Below are positions 13,721 to 28,964 of a stretch of DNA of 64,000 nt, piece after piece. Within the stretch, counting starts at the first letter, position 1, and the number at the start of each line of letters is the position of its first letter. The stretch is from the human T2T-CHM13v2.0 reference genome, Homo sapiens, in the NCBI RefSeq assembly GCF_009914755.1, contig NC_060947.1; one strand, 5' to 3'. Below the pieces are notes generated by a model. The model did not search any database. It saw nothing but the letters and a program-made list of their open reading frames with translations, and was not told the DNA's origin. A program made the translations under genes and the position numbers.

Positions 13721-16700
13721 ATATAATATAGAATATAAATTATATATTGCATAATATAATATGTACTATATATTATATATTACAAAATATAATGTATAAT
13801 ATATATTATATATGACATAATATAATATATAATATATATTATATATGATATAATAAATATATAATATATATTATATATTATATGCATTATAAAATATATT
13901 ATATATGACATCCAATATATAATATATGTAATACATCATATATAATATATAGTATATATAATATATATTATATATACCATATATTGTATATATATAATAT
14001 ATTATATATAAAATATATAGTATATATAATATATTATATATACAATATATAAAACACATTATATATAGAATGTATAATGTATAATACATAATACATATAC
14101 TATATATTATACATTGTATATTACATAGAATATAATATATAATATATATTATATATAGTATATATACTATAAACTATAATATATACTAAACATAATATAT
14201 AATATAATATATTTATGTATATGATTTAAATAATATTATACAATATATAATATATGTAATACATGATATATATTATATATTATATATAATACATATAACA
14301 TATGCAATATATAATATATAATACATATTGTATATACTATATGATATCAAATATATAATATGTGATATATAATATATTATATGTAATATATATAACATGT
14401 ATTATATATAACATATAATATGTAATATATTATATATAGTATATATAATATATAAAATATTATATATAGTATATACAATATATGATACAATATATAATAT
14501 AGGAAATGTATAATATATACAATATATATTATGTAATAATTAAAATATTTTATATTATATTATATATAATATGCTGTATTATACTATACATCACAATCTA
14601 TACTATATATAATATATAGTATATATATTGTATAGTATATATAAATATATAGTACATATATACAATATATATTAATATGTAGTACATATATTATATAGTA
14701 TATACATTGATATATAGTATATATATTACATAGTATATATTAATATATAGCTTATATATTATATGGTATATATAAATATGTAATATATATAGATACATAG
14801 TATATATATAATATAGTATATATGATATAATATATTATATTATATACTATATATATGATAGTATATGTATAATATAATTTAATAAATTACAGTAAATATA
14901 ATATACTATATAAATTAAAGTATACCCTATATATTATATAGTATATATAAATACCATATATAATATATACTAAATTATTATTTTGTAAAATTTAATATAA
15001 TATATTACATATAATATAATATATAATATTTTAATGATTATATAATATATACTGTATAAAATATGAAATATATTATATATTATATATATTATACAATGTA
15101 TATATTATATATTATGTTATATATTATATATTGTACAATGTATATATAATATATTGTATTATATATTGTATATACTATATATGATATATTGCATATATTA
15201 TAAAATCTTATAGATATTATTATATATAATTCTATATACATTATATATCTGTTATATATATAATATAGTATTCATATTACATTAGATATTATATATAAGA
15301 TATGATATATATAATAAAATATAGTTATATAAATATTCTAATAAATAAAAATTATATTAAATAATAAATTATATAATATATATTGTATATATTACATAAT
15401 ACATAAAAAAATTATATAAGTATTATATGTTATTATATTAATATACTAATATATATAAATTAATTATAATTTATAATTCATAAATATTATATATTAATTA
15501 ATAATTATTTATAATTAACATATATTAAATAAAATAAAATTATTATGCATTATATAATATATATTATACATTATGTAATATATATTATATTATATATAAT
15601 TATTATATATATTATATTACATATATTATTTCAAAACTTATTAATATATTATAAAATAATATTATTATAAATATATTCTAATATATTATTATACATATAT
15701 TATAATATATTATAAACATATTATTATATAATATGTTATAAACATGTTATTATATAATATGTTATAAACATGTTATTATATAATATGTTATAAATGTATT
15801 GTAATATAATATATTATAAATATATTGTAATATAATATATTATAAATGTATTATAATATAATCTATTATAATTACATTATGTTATAATATGTAATAAATA
15901 TATTATAATATAATGTAATTAGAATATATTATAATATAATATATCATAAATATACTATATTATAATATATTATAAATATATTTTATATATTTATCTATAT
16001 TTACATAAATTTATAAATTCATATATATATTTTTGAATATAAGTATAAATATTTAGTAAATATAGTATAAATATAATACATTATAATATATATTAATATA
16101 TATAATATATTATATATTATATATATTATAATATATATTTATATATTATATATTTTATATATTGTATAATATATATTCTACTATAATATATGTTATATAT
16201 TACATATATAATTATTTAGAATATATACTGTATTATATGAAATGATAGAATATATATTATATAGAGAATGATATTATAATACATATTGTATAAGTAATAT
16301 ATAACATATAGTATATACAAAATAATATGGTATATATTATATATATAAAAATATATATTATTATAATAGATATATCATATATATTGTTATAATATAAATA
16401 TTAAACATATATATAGTATTTATTATACATTTATAATATAAATTATATATATTATATATAATACATATGTAATATATATTATATATATTATATATAATAA
16501 ATATGTAATATATATTATATATATTATATATAATATATATGTAATATATATTATATATATTATATATAATAAATATTTTATATATATTATATATTATACA
16601 TAATACATATATTATATATTATATATATTATGTATAATACATATATAATACATATAAAATATATATTATAATCTATAAAATACATATATAATATATATTA

Positions 16701-17426
16701 CATACATTATAATATATGATATGTATAATGAATATCATAATATATACGATATATTATACACATTATAATATATATGATATATATTATCTATATTACAATA
16801 TATGATATATATCATATAATATATATTATGAAATATATAATACATACATAATATATGTTATATATTTTATAACATATATCACATATAATATATGTGATAC
16901 AGATATAATATATATCATATATATATATCTATACATATCTATAATATATATCATATATATCATACATATGTGGTATACATTACATATTATATATAAGACA
17001 TATATGGTATACATTATATATCATATATAATACACATATTGGAAATATTATACATAATATATACAATACATATATGATATACATTATATATAATATATAT
17101 CGTGTATAAAATATATATTTAATATGTAATATAATATATAATTAATATATATATTTATTATAAAACTATAAGTATAATATATATGTAATAAATATACATA
17201 TATTTATAATTAAGTATAAATTATGTATATAATATCTATGATTATATAATATTATATATATAAGAGATATTATATTACATAATACATATAATACTTATAT
17301 ATGATATATACAATATATAATATTTAGTATGTATTCTACATTATATATAGAATGAAGAATATATAATATAGTATATATATTATATTATGTAGTACATATA
17401 ATATAATGATATATATTAGAGATGTT

Positions 17427-17915
17427 ATATATAATATAACATATATTATATATAGTATATATAATATAACATATATTATATATAGTATATATAATATAAC
17501 AATACATATTATATATAGTATATATAATATAACAATACATATTATATATAGTATATATAATATAACAATACATATTATATATAGTATATATAATATAACA
17601 ATACATATTATATATAGTATATATAATATAAAAATATATATTATATATAGTATATATAATATAACAATATATATTATATATAGTATATATAATATAACAA
17701 TATATATTATATATAGTATATATAATATAACAATATATATTATATATAGTATATATAATATAACAATATATATTATATATAGTATATATAATATAACAAT
17801 ATATATTATATATAGTATATATAATATAACAATATATATTATATATAGTATATATAATATAACAATATATATTATATATAGTATATATAATATAACAATA
17901 TATATTATATATAGT
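17427..17915. repeat. 33 bp minisatellite block, 15 units (2 x 30 bp, 13 x 33 bp)
   Basis: Unit TATATTATATATAGTATATATAATATAACAATA; the 11-aa periodicity is visible in the ORF track. Confidence 0.95.
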
Positions 17916-18019
17916 AAATATATTATATATGATAATATATATTGCATATAATACATATTATATAATATATACAACTTAATATTAGAGATAACACAAATTA
18001 TATAGCGTATACAATACAT

Positions 18020-18390
18020 TGCATATTGCATATATCATATACAATACATTGTATATTGTATATATCATATACAGTATATTGTATATTGTATATATCATAT
18101 ATAGTATAAGATATACTTGAATATATCATATACACTACATGATATATTTCTATATATCATAGATACTACATGATATATTTGTATATATCATAGATACTAC
18201 ATGATATATTTGTATATATCATAGATACTACATGATATATTTGTATATATCATAAATACTACATGATATATTGTATATATCATAGACACTACATGATATA
18301 TTGTATAAACCATAGACACTATATGATATATTGTATATATCGTAGATACTGTATGATATATTGTATATATCATAGACACTATATGATGTA
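18020..18390. repeat. 30-31 bp minisatellite block (TATATATCATAGATACTACATGATATAT(T)TG)
   Basis: Tandem units with the CATAGA(T/C)ACTA core. Confidence 0.9.
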
Positions 18391-19069
18391 TTTTATATAT
18401 AATATGTCATATATATTTTATATATTGTCCCTATAATAAGTACTATAGATTGTATACAGCATATATAATATGTTATACATAATATATTGTATATATAATA
18501 TAATATACATAATATATTGTATATATAATATATTATATGTATTCTATTGTATATATGATATGTTATACATATAATATATTGTATATATGACATAGTATAC
18601 ATACTATATATTGCATATATAATACATTATATTTATTATTTACTGTATATTTAATTTGTTATACATATTATATATTGTAAATATTCAATATTATAGAAAA
18701 TATATTGTATATATCCCATATTATATATGATATATAGTTTATCTCCTATATTATATATTGTGCATCTCCTACATTATATATTATATAATGTATATATAAT
18801 ATATGTTATATATACATATATATACATATACATGTATATACATATACATATACTATGTATTATATACTATATAGAGTATATAATATAATTTAATACATTA
18901 TAATAATTATATCTTTTATATAATATACTTATAAAATATATAATATATATTATATGATTGTATTATATAAAATATATAATTATTATATTATATTAAATGA
19001 CATTATATATAATATATTATATTATATAATATATAATTATTATATTATATTATTATGTAATAATATGTA

Positions 19070-19460
19070 TAGTATATATTATATATTGTAATTATATATA
19101 GTATATAAAATTATATATTATAATTACACATAGTATATATAATTATGTATTTTAATTACATATAGTATATAAAATTATTTATTATAATTATATGTAGTAT
19201 ATATATTTTTATATTATAATTATATGTAGTAAATATAATTATATATTATAATTATATGTAGTATATATAATTATATATTATAATTATATGTAGTATATAT
19301 AATTATATATTATAATTGTAATTAGTATATATAATTCTATATTATAATTATATGTAGCATATATAATTGTATATTATAATTATATGTGGTATATATGATT
19401 GTATATTATGAATATATATGGTATATATAATTGTATATTATAATTATATGTAGTATATAT
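19070..19460. repeat. 32 bp minisatellite block (TATATTATAATTATATGTAGTATATATAATTA)
   Basis: About twelve diverged tandem units. Confidence 0.88.
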
Positions 19461-21859
19461 GTTATATATAATATATAAGATGTTGTATATATAGTATATA
19501 TTATATGTTGTATATGTCATATATATTGCAAGTTGTATATAGACGATATTATATGTTGTATATATAATGTATTATATATTGTATATCTAAGATGTTATAT
19601 ATTGTACATATGATATATTATGTATTGTATATATAAAATATTATATAGTGTATATATAATGTTATATAATGTATATGTAATATATTATATATTGTACATA
19701 AAATACATTATATGTTGTATATATAATATACTATATATGGCTTATATAATGTATAATAGATATTATAAAGTGTGTATAAAATATATATATTATATTGTAT
19801 GCATAATATATATAATAAATATAATATATATCATACAGAATACATACAATACATATAATATATAATATATAATATATATAATACTTATTATATATAACAT
19901 ATAATATTTAATACGTGATATACAATGCATATAACATATAATATAGTATATATGACATATGACTTTTAATAGATAAAAGATATTTTATATACAATATATA
20001 ATAAAATATATAATAATACAATGTATACTATATACAATATATAACATATATTATATACAATATATCATATGTATTCTTTACAATACATTATATATTATAT
20101 ATACAATAATATACAATATATATTCTATTATATATTACATATAACATATAATATAATATTAGAAATAATACATATTATATATTGTTTGTCATGTATAATA
20201 TATTCTATATTGTGGACAATATAGAATATATTCTCTATTGTGGGCAATATTCTATATTCTATATTGTCTATAATATATAATATATTATATGTTGTCTATA
20301 ATATATAATATATTACAAGTTGTCTATAATATATAATACATTACCTATTGTCCATAATATATAATATATTATATGTTGTGTATAATATATAATATATTAC
20401 ACTTTGTCTTTAATGTAGAATGTATTATATATTGTATATATAATATATAATATGCTATAAAATGTATATATATTATATAATATATTACATATTTTATATA
20501 CAATATATAATATCTTATACTTTGTATATGTACGACATAATATATATGTTATATATTGTATACATAATGTATAATATATATTTTATATATTTTATATAAA
20601 ATAGAAGATATATATTTTATATATTTTATATATAATATATAATATATATTTTATATATAATATATAATATATATTTTATATATCTTATATATAATGTATA
20701 ATATATATTTTATATATCTTGTACATAATATATGAGATATATTTATATATTTTATATATAATATATAAGATATTTTATATATTTTATATATAATATATAA
20801 GATATATTTTATATATTTTATATATAATATATAAGATATATTTTATATATTTTATTGATAATAAATAACATATATTTTATATACAATGTATAATATATAT
20901 TTTATATACTGTATATATATTATATAATATGTAACATATATATTGTATACACAATATATTATATATTGTATGTATAATATATATTATATATAGTATATAA
21001 TATACTATGTGATATATATTTTGTATACAATATATAATACATAATATATTGTATTATATATACTATACATACCATATATTATATTATAAAACTATATAAA
21101 ACATACATTATATTATATATACAACATAAAATATATATTATATTGTATAAACTATATATACCACATCTTATATTATATATACTATATATAATACATATTA
21201 TAGTATATCTACTATATAAATACATATTACATATACTATATATAACATAATATATATATAATATATATTATATTATATATTTTTATATAATATATTTGTA
21301 TGTATATTCTATATATAATATATATTATATGTATATTCTATATAAAATATACATATAATATATAAAATATACATATAATATATTCTATATGTAATATACA
21401 TATTATATATTCTATACGTACTATATATTATATATTCTATACATAATTTATATTATATATTCTATACATAATATATACTATATATTCTAAATATAATATA
21501 TATTACATATTCTATATTTAATATATATTATACATTCTATATTTAATATATAACATATATTCTATATATAATATATATATTATATATTCTATATATAATG
21601 TATATTATATATTCTATATATAATGTATATTATATATATAATACATATTATATATTCTTCATATAATATATATAATATACACTATATATAATATGTGTAT
21701 TACATATTATGTAAATAAAGTATATATTATATATTATATATATGCTATATTTATTATGTATTATTATATATTACATTTTATATCTAACATATATATTATA
21801 TGTTGTATATAACATATTTATTATATATTGCTTATTTTATATATATAACATATATTTAA

Positions 21860-22090
21860 TATAGTATATATTATATACACAATATATAATATATATAATA
21901 TATATTATATACACAATATACAATATATAATATAAATTATATACACAATATATAATATATAATATATATTATATACACAATATATAATATATATAATATA
22001 TATTATATACACAATATATAATATATATAATATATATTATATACACAATATATAATATATATAATATATATTATATACACAATATGTAAT
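21860..22090. repeat. 32-34 bp minisatellite block (ATACACAATATATAATATATATAATATATATTAT)
   Basis: About seven near-identical units. Confidence 0.88.
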
Positions 22091-24919
22091 ATATATATTA
22101 AACATTATACATTATATATATAATGTGTATATATACAATATAGAAAATATATATTATATATACAATGTACAATATAAATAACATTATATTTTCAATATAT
22201 AATATATATGATATATTATATATACAAAATTTATTATGTAACATATTATATATACAATATATTATATTTATAACATATTATATACACAATATATTATATA
22301 TAATATATATAATATATTATATATACTTATATTATACATTACACGTTATATATAATATATTATTTATACAATATATTATATATTATATTATATATACAAA
22401 ATATAATATTTATTACATAGTATATAGACAATATATAAAATATCTATTACATAGTATAGATACAATATAGTATATATGATATATGCAATATATAGTATAC
22501 TATATATGATATATACAATATAGGATACATTATATATAATATAGAATATATGTTATCTGTAATAGTATATTGCATATACTATATAATATGCATTTTATGT
22601 AATAAATATGATATATCATATTGGCTTATATATTATATATCATATATTATATGTAATATATATTATATATGATATATCTTATATATTATATATTACATAT
22701 AACATATATAATATATCATATATATTATATATTACATATAACATATATAATATATCATATATATTATATAATATATACCATATATAATATATATTATATA
22801 ATATATACGATATATAATATATCATATGTTAAATATACAATATATAATTTATAATATGTACTATGTATACCATCTATATGATATATAATATATTTTGTAT
22901 ATAATAAATATAGTATATTTTTCATACAATATATATTTTATATTGAATATACAATGTATATTTTATATTGTATATATAATGTATATTGTTTACACAATAT
23001 GTAATATACATCGTATATGCTATATATTATATATTGTTCATTCATTATATAATATATTCTATATACTATGTATTGTATATTGTGTATACAACATATGTTA
23101 TGTTTTATATATTATATATTTTGCACATATAATATAATATATTTTATATGTGTATTATATATCATATATTGTATATATTATATACATTATATATTGTGCA
23201 TTATACATTATATATTGTGTACACAATATATATTATATAGTGTGTATACAATTTAGATTATATTGTATATATAATATATTATATATCATATATTGTATAT
23301 GTAGTATATTAGATATAGTATATATTGTATATATTGTATAATATATATTTGATATATATTATATATACATTATATGTAGTATATAATAAGATTATGCAAT
23401 ATACCATATATAATATATATTACATATAACATATATAACATATATAATATGTTATTGCAAATATATATAGCATACATTATATAAAATATATAATATACAT
23501 TTTATATATAATATATAATATCATGATATAATATATATTACATATACTAGATATTATATACTATATTATATATAGTATATAGAATATGATATAATATATA
23601 GTATGTATAATCTACTATATATCATATATAGTATATGTAATGTAATATATGGTAGATCGTATATGTAATATATATATTATAGTATATATGGTAAATATAA
23701 TATGTATATTACATTATGTATACTGTATATGATATAATATATATACTACATATAATATTATATTATGTATTGTAAATCTTATATACTCTATATAATATGT
23801 ATTTTATATACCATATATATTACATATAATATATACCATATATATTACATATAATATATACTATATATAATACATATTATATATACTATATATAATATAT
23901 ATTATATATTCTATATATAATACGTATTATTTATTATATATATAATATGTAAAATATCTATTACTTATCATATATTCAATATATGATTTATTATATATTA
24001 TATAGAATATGTAATATATATTATTTGTAGTATTACAGTATATATTATATGTAATATATGTTATATGTTATATTTTATATATTCTTATATATTATATAGA
24101 TTATATATGACATATATAATATATTATATATAATATATTTTATATAATATATTATATATAATATATTTTATATAATATATAGTATATATTATTTAATATA
24201 TTTTACATAATATATAGTATATATTATATAGTGTATATATCATTGAATATATTTTATGTAATATATATTATATATTATATAGTATATATTATTTAATGTA
24301 TGTTATGTATCATATAATGTATATTATATAATATGTAATATATATTATATGTTATATAATATATTTTACGTAATATATATTATATGTTATATAATATATA
24401 TTACGTAATATATATTATATGTTATATAATATATTTTACTTAATATATATTATATGTTATATAATATACATCATATAATATATTTTATATACTATGTAAT
24501 ATACATCATATAGAATATATTTTATACAATATATAATATATATTGTATGATATATATAGAATATATTCATATATATTATATGTAATATGTATTATATATT
24601 ACATATAATATATAATATATAGTATATATTTCAAATATATATGTTACATGTACTGTATATATAATATGTATTATATATTATATATTGTATATATTATACA
24701 TTCTATATTATATATAGTACATATAATATATATTACGTATTAATAGATACAATACAATATAGAATAGAATATCATATATGTTATACATATTATAAGCAAT
24801 ATATATTTTATATAAGATTATGTAATATATTATATATAATATAATATTACATATTATATATAATGTATTATATACTATATATAAAATATCATATGTAATA
24901 TGTATTACATATTTAATAT

Positions 24920-25420
24920 TATATATTATATATTATATGTTATATATTATTATATATTATAATATTATATATTATATGTTATATAATATTATATATCATA
25001 ATATTATATATTATATGTTATATAATATTATATATTATAATATTATATGTTATATATTATACATTATATTATATGTTATATAATATTATATATTATATTA
25101 TATGTTATATAATATTAAATATTATATTATATGTTATATAATATTATATATTATATTATATGTTATATAATATTATATATTATATTATATGTTATATAAT
25201 ATTATATATTATATTATATGTTATATAATATTATATATTATATTATATGTTATATAATATTATATATTATAATATTATATGTTATATGTTATATAATATT
25301 ATATATTATATTATATGTTATATCTTACATAATATTATATATGATAATATTATATATTATATGTTATATATTATATATTACAATTTTATATATTATATGT
25401 TATATAATAATATATATTAT
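24920..25420. repeat. ~29 bp minisatellite block (TATTATATGTTATATAATATTATATATTA)
   Basis: Tandem units with the ATGTTA core. Confidence 0.88.
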
Positions 25421-25939
25421 AATAGTTTATATTTTATATATAGCATTATATAATATATAGAATGTAATATTATACATAATATATAGAATATAATATCATA
25501 TATAATATATAGTTTATAATATATTCATATAATATATTTTTTCCACATGTAAATTTCTATGTATCATTTATTATGTTTCATATATATCATATATCTCATA
25601 TTACATATTTCATGTATATTATATATCAGATATTATATATTTAATATATATTATATATTACATATTATATGTTATATATTTCATATATAGTGTATATTAT
25701 ATAATATTTTATATATTTCATATATTATATAACATTTTATATGTTTCTTGTATAATATATGATATATTGTATTCTATATATTATATTTAGACTAGATATA
25801 ATTTAATATATAAATATATTATATAATATGTAATTTATAGAAGTTAATATTTTATATAATGTGTAATGTATAGAATAGAATATATAATATATATAATATA
25901 ATATATAATAGATTATATATGAAATATATAATCTATACT

Positions 25940-25972
25940 TATATGTAATATTTCACAATAAACAATTTTAAA
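25940..25972 (+). mobile_element. Terminal bases and polyadenylation signal of the L1ME, separated from its body by the array
   Basis: tatatgtaatatttcacaataaacaattttaaa resembles the recalled L1ME terminus (tgtatgttatatttcacaataaaa). Confidence 0.6.
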
Positions 25973-26884
25973 GTTGTTTGGAAGGCCTAAGTCATTTTTT
26001 GTGGGAAACCCCAAATTTTTACTCTAGAAATGTCCTTTTAGAAGCTGTTTAGATTCCTGAGAAGAATACTTTAATCTCTTGCCTGAGAGGGCTAGGTGTG
26101 GCTTCCCATGTTCAAAAAACTGAGTGGGGAAATAGGGTTTTCCTTACATGCGATATTTGCTTACCTAATATGTTGCTACTTTTATCTCCTCTTTTATTAT
26201 ATATTTGTCTCTGTTGGTTCATGCCTTTACACAATTCCCCTTACTGTTGCTTTAGTGGAATTTCAGAAGGGAGCAAAAGTAACTGCAGGCATTCAATTTG
26301 CCATCCTTCTTGGAAGCCCTCTATAGTTTTGGCTTCATTTTGTATGGTGGAAAATTTCCTAAGAAGACTTGTTTTCTGTCTTCATAACATAACATACTAC
26401 ATTTTATATGACAATACATTTCCATTGGGAAAAACATCGTAAATCATATCACAAATTAACTTAACCATGTTACTATTACTGGATATACAGCCCCTCCCCG
26501 TTTTCCCTGATTATGAGCAATGCTGCAATGGACAGCTTTGTGATTAAACGTTTGTCTGCAATTTTGATTATTCCCTGAAGATACATTTCAACAAATATAT
26601 CAAAGAGCACAAATATTTTGTCATTTTTTCCAGTAAATTGAATCTTTTATTGACTTTTTTTCTGATTATAGAAGTTATATGTGCTATTGTAAAAATTTTC
26701 AGAAAACAAAGTAGGAGAAAGAAAGCAAAAATCATCCTCACTCACAAGCTAGTCCTAAAGATAACCACTGTCAACATTTTGGTATATCTTCCCACAAATA
26801 TGCACAAATGCAAATATAGATTAAAAGAAATCTATTTTTATAATTTACATGTTTTGCTTAATAGTTTGCTAAAGACATTTAAAT

Positions 26885-27058
26885 ACTTGTCCAGTAGAAT
26901 TTTTGGAATGACAGAAATGTTCTATTCTGTACTGTCCAATGCAGCAGCTACTATTCACATGTGGCTAATTTGAGTGAGGAACTGGATTTCAACTTTTATT
27001 TAACTTTAATTAGTTTAAATTTGGATATTGCTAGTGGCTACCGTACTGGACACCCCAG
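26885..27058 (+). mobile_element. MER3 (hAT-Charlie MITE)
   Basis: tgtccagtagaa...gaaatgttctat...ctgtccaat...cacatgtggcta...gctagtggctaccgtactggaca. Confidence 0.88.
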
Positions 27059-27599
27059 GAACATAAAATATACATATTCATTTAATAATTTGCAGAGTAC
27101 TTCATTTTATTAATACATTGTAACTTGTTGAACTAATACCGAACTGGTAGACATACGTTGCTTGCAATTTTTGCTATTATAAAGAACCTTTCAATGAATA
27201 TCCCAGAAAATGAATATATTTGAAAATACTGAGCTAGTTCCATTTTCTGGTATATTATCAGTTCATACTCTTTTGCCAGATCTCTACATATTTATTTTGA
27301 TTGCTCTTATGATTCAGTTATGGGAATATTTTGCTGAACTTGGATATATATTTTCATAACTTTAATATTCTGAGTATTTTCTTTTGGAAAAATTTTCCTA
27401 GTGTTCAGAAACATTTTCCAACACTAGTTCCCTAGCATGAATGAATGCAATGTTTTTATTCCATACCAATTATAAAACACTCACTAACTCTTTTGATGGT
27501 AAGGAATGTATCGTTTAGGAAATTATCCAGCCATAAGATATTAGTGAAATTCTCATGGATCCAAATTTATATGGATACTTTAATATATTTTTTCCTTTA

Positions 27600-28960
27600 T
27601 AGTGTAGTTGTTTTATTTTGTTTTACATTTTTCTTAATTTTGAAGATTAGCATACATACAAGAGTAGAAGAAAATGTATGTACAGTTGAAGGAACATCCT
27701 TGTACCTACCACCCTGTCCAAGGAACAGAATATTACTCTACTCCAGAAGCCTAGTGCATGACCTTCTGTCATCATATTTCCCTCACATTTCCCAAGAGAT
27801 AAACATTTGAATTTTGTGGTAATCATTCCTTGATTCTTCAAAGTTTTTAGCACTTAAATATGTATCCTTAAAAAGAAACAACGTATTGTTTTGTCTGTTT
27901 TTGAAATTTATAGACATGGAACAATAAGTATGTATTATTTTATGTCTGTCTTCTTCCACTCAAATTAAGTTACATTACTGATGATATTGTTTTATATCAA
28001 GGGATAACATAGATACAATAAAGCACATAAAATACACTACTTTTAATTGCACATCTCAATGATTTTTGAAAATTCGTACATACACCCATCTAACTATCAT
28101 TCTGATAAAGATGAAGAAGATTTGCAGCACCTGAGAATATGTGAGCTTTGCTGTCCGTTATCCCTCCAAAGGAGACTGCTATTTTGGTTTTTACAAATTA
28201 ATGATTAGTTTTAACTTTTTTGAAGTCCATATGAAAACAGTCTTACAGTATGTGGTCTTTGGAGTCTGGCTTCTTTTGCTTATCACTATGTCTGTGAGAT
28301 TCATCCACGTTGTTGTGGTGTCATTGATGTGCCCTTTATTAAGTAGTATTGCCTTGTATGAATATACTACTATTTGTCAGATTTTTTGATGATGAGTACT
28401 TGTTGGTTTTAATTTGGCTATTATAAATAAAGCTGTTGGAAGCAGTCTTGTGTGTGTATTTTGGTGAGTATATGCATTCATTTATTTGGGCTATATATGC
28501 CCAGGAATGAAATTACTAGGTCTTAATCCATAAAGTAGGCATATGATTAGCTTTGGTAAATACTTTCAAACAATTTTCAAAAGTGGCTATACAATTTTAC
28601 ATTTCCAGGAGGAGTGTAGGAGAGTTCCAGTTCTTCCACATTTTTTCCAATAGTTAGTATTGTCAATATTTTAAATTAGAGTCAGTCTAGTGGGTAGTAT
28701 CTGGTTGCAGTATTAATTTGCATTTCACTAATATAATTGTTAAATGATGAGCACCTTTTTAAGTGCTAATTGGCTATTATCCAATTGATAATAGCCTCTT
28801 TTGTAAAGTGTCTCTTTAAGTTTGTTGCCATGTTTTTGTTGTATTTTCTTTTCTTATTAATTTGTGTGTTTTCTTTATGTATACTTGATAAGAGTCATTT
28901 GTCAGATACATGCATCGCAGATACCTTTTGCAATCCTCTAGCTTACTTCTCCATTTTATA
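27600..28960 (-). mobile_element. Nested old L1M (ME/MD-like) 3' fragments
   Basis: Repeated degenerate antisense L1 3' UTR motifs (tgtgagattcatccacgttgttg, ggctattataaataaagctg). Confidence 0.7.
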
Positions 28961-28964
28961 AAAA

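Larger units (their letters stand above)
12740..25945. repeat. ~13.2 kb composite AT-rich low-complexity / minisatellite array
   Basis: Uninterrupted (TA)n-derived sequence, overwhelmingly A/T, with many local tandem periodicities. Confidence 0.98.

Noticed and set aside
17427-19460. CRISPR-like regular 30-33 bp palindromic repeats
   Set aside because: Head-to-tail tandem units with no unique spacers, no cas genes and a eukaryotic context.
13871-25460. Ile/Tyr-rich ORFs up to 231 aa in the array
   Set aside because: Translation artefacts of TA-rich tandem units whose period is a multiple of 3; open on both strands.
26096-27853. Several 68-121 aa ORFs right of the array
   Set aside because: They overlap MER3 and old L1/HAL1-like remnants; no convincing splice pairs or domains.
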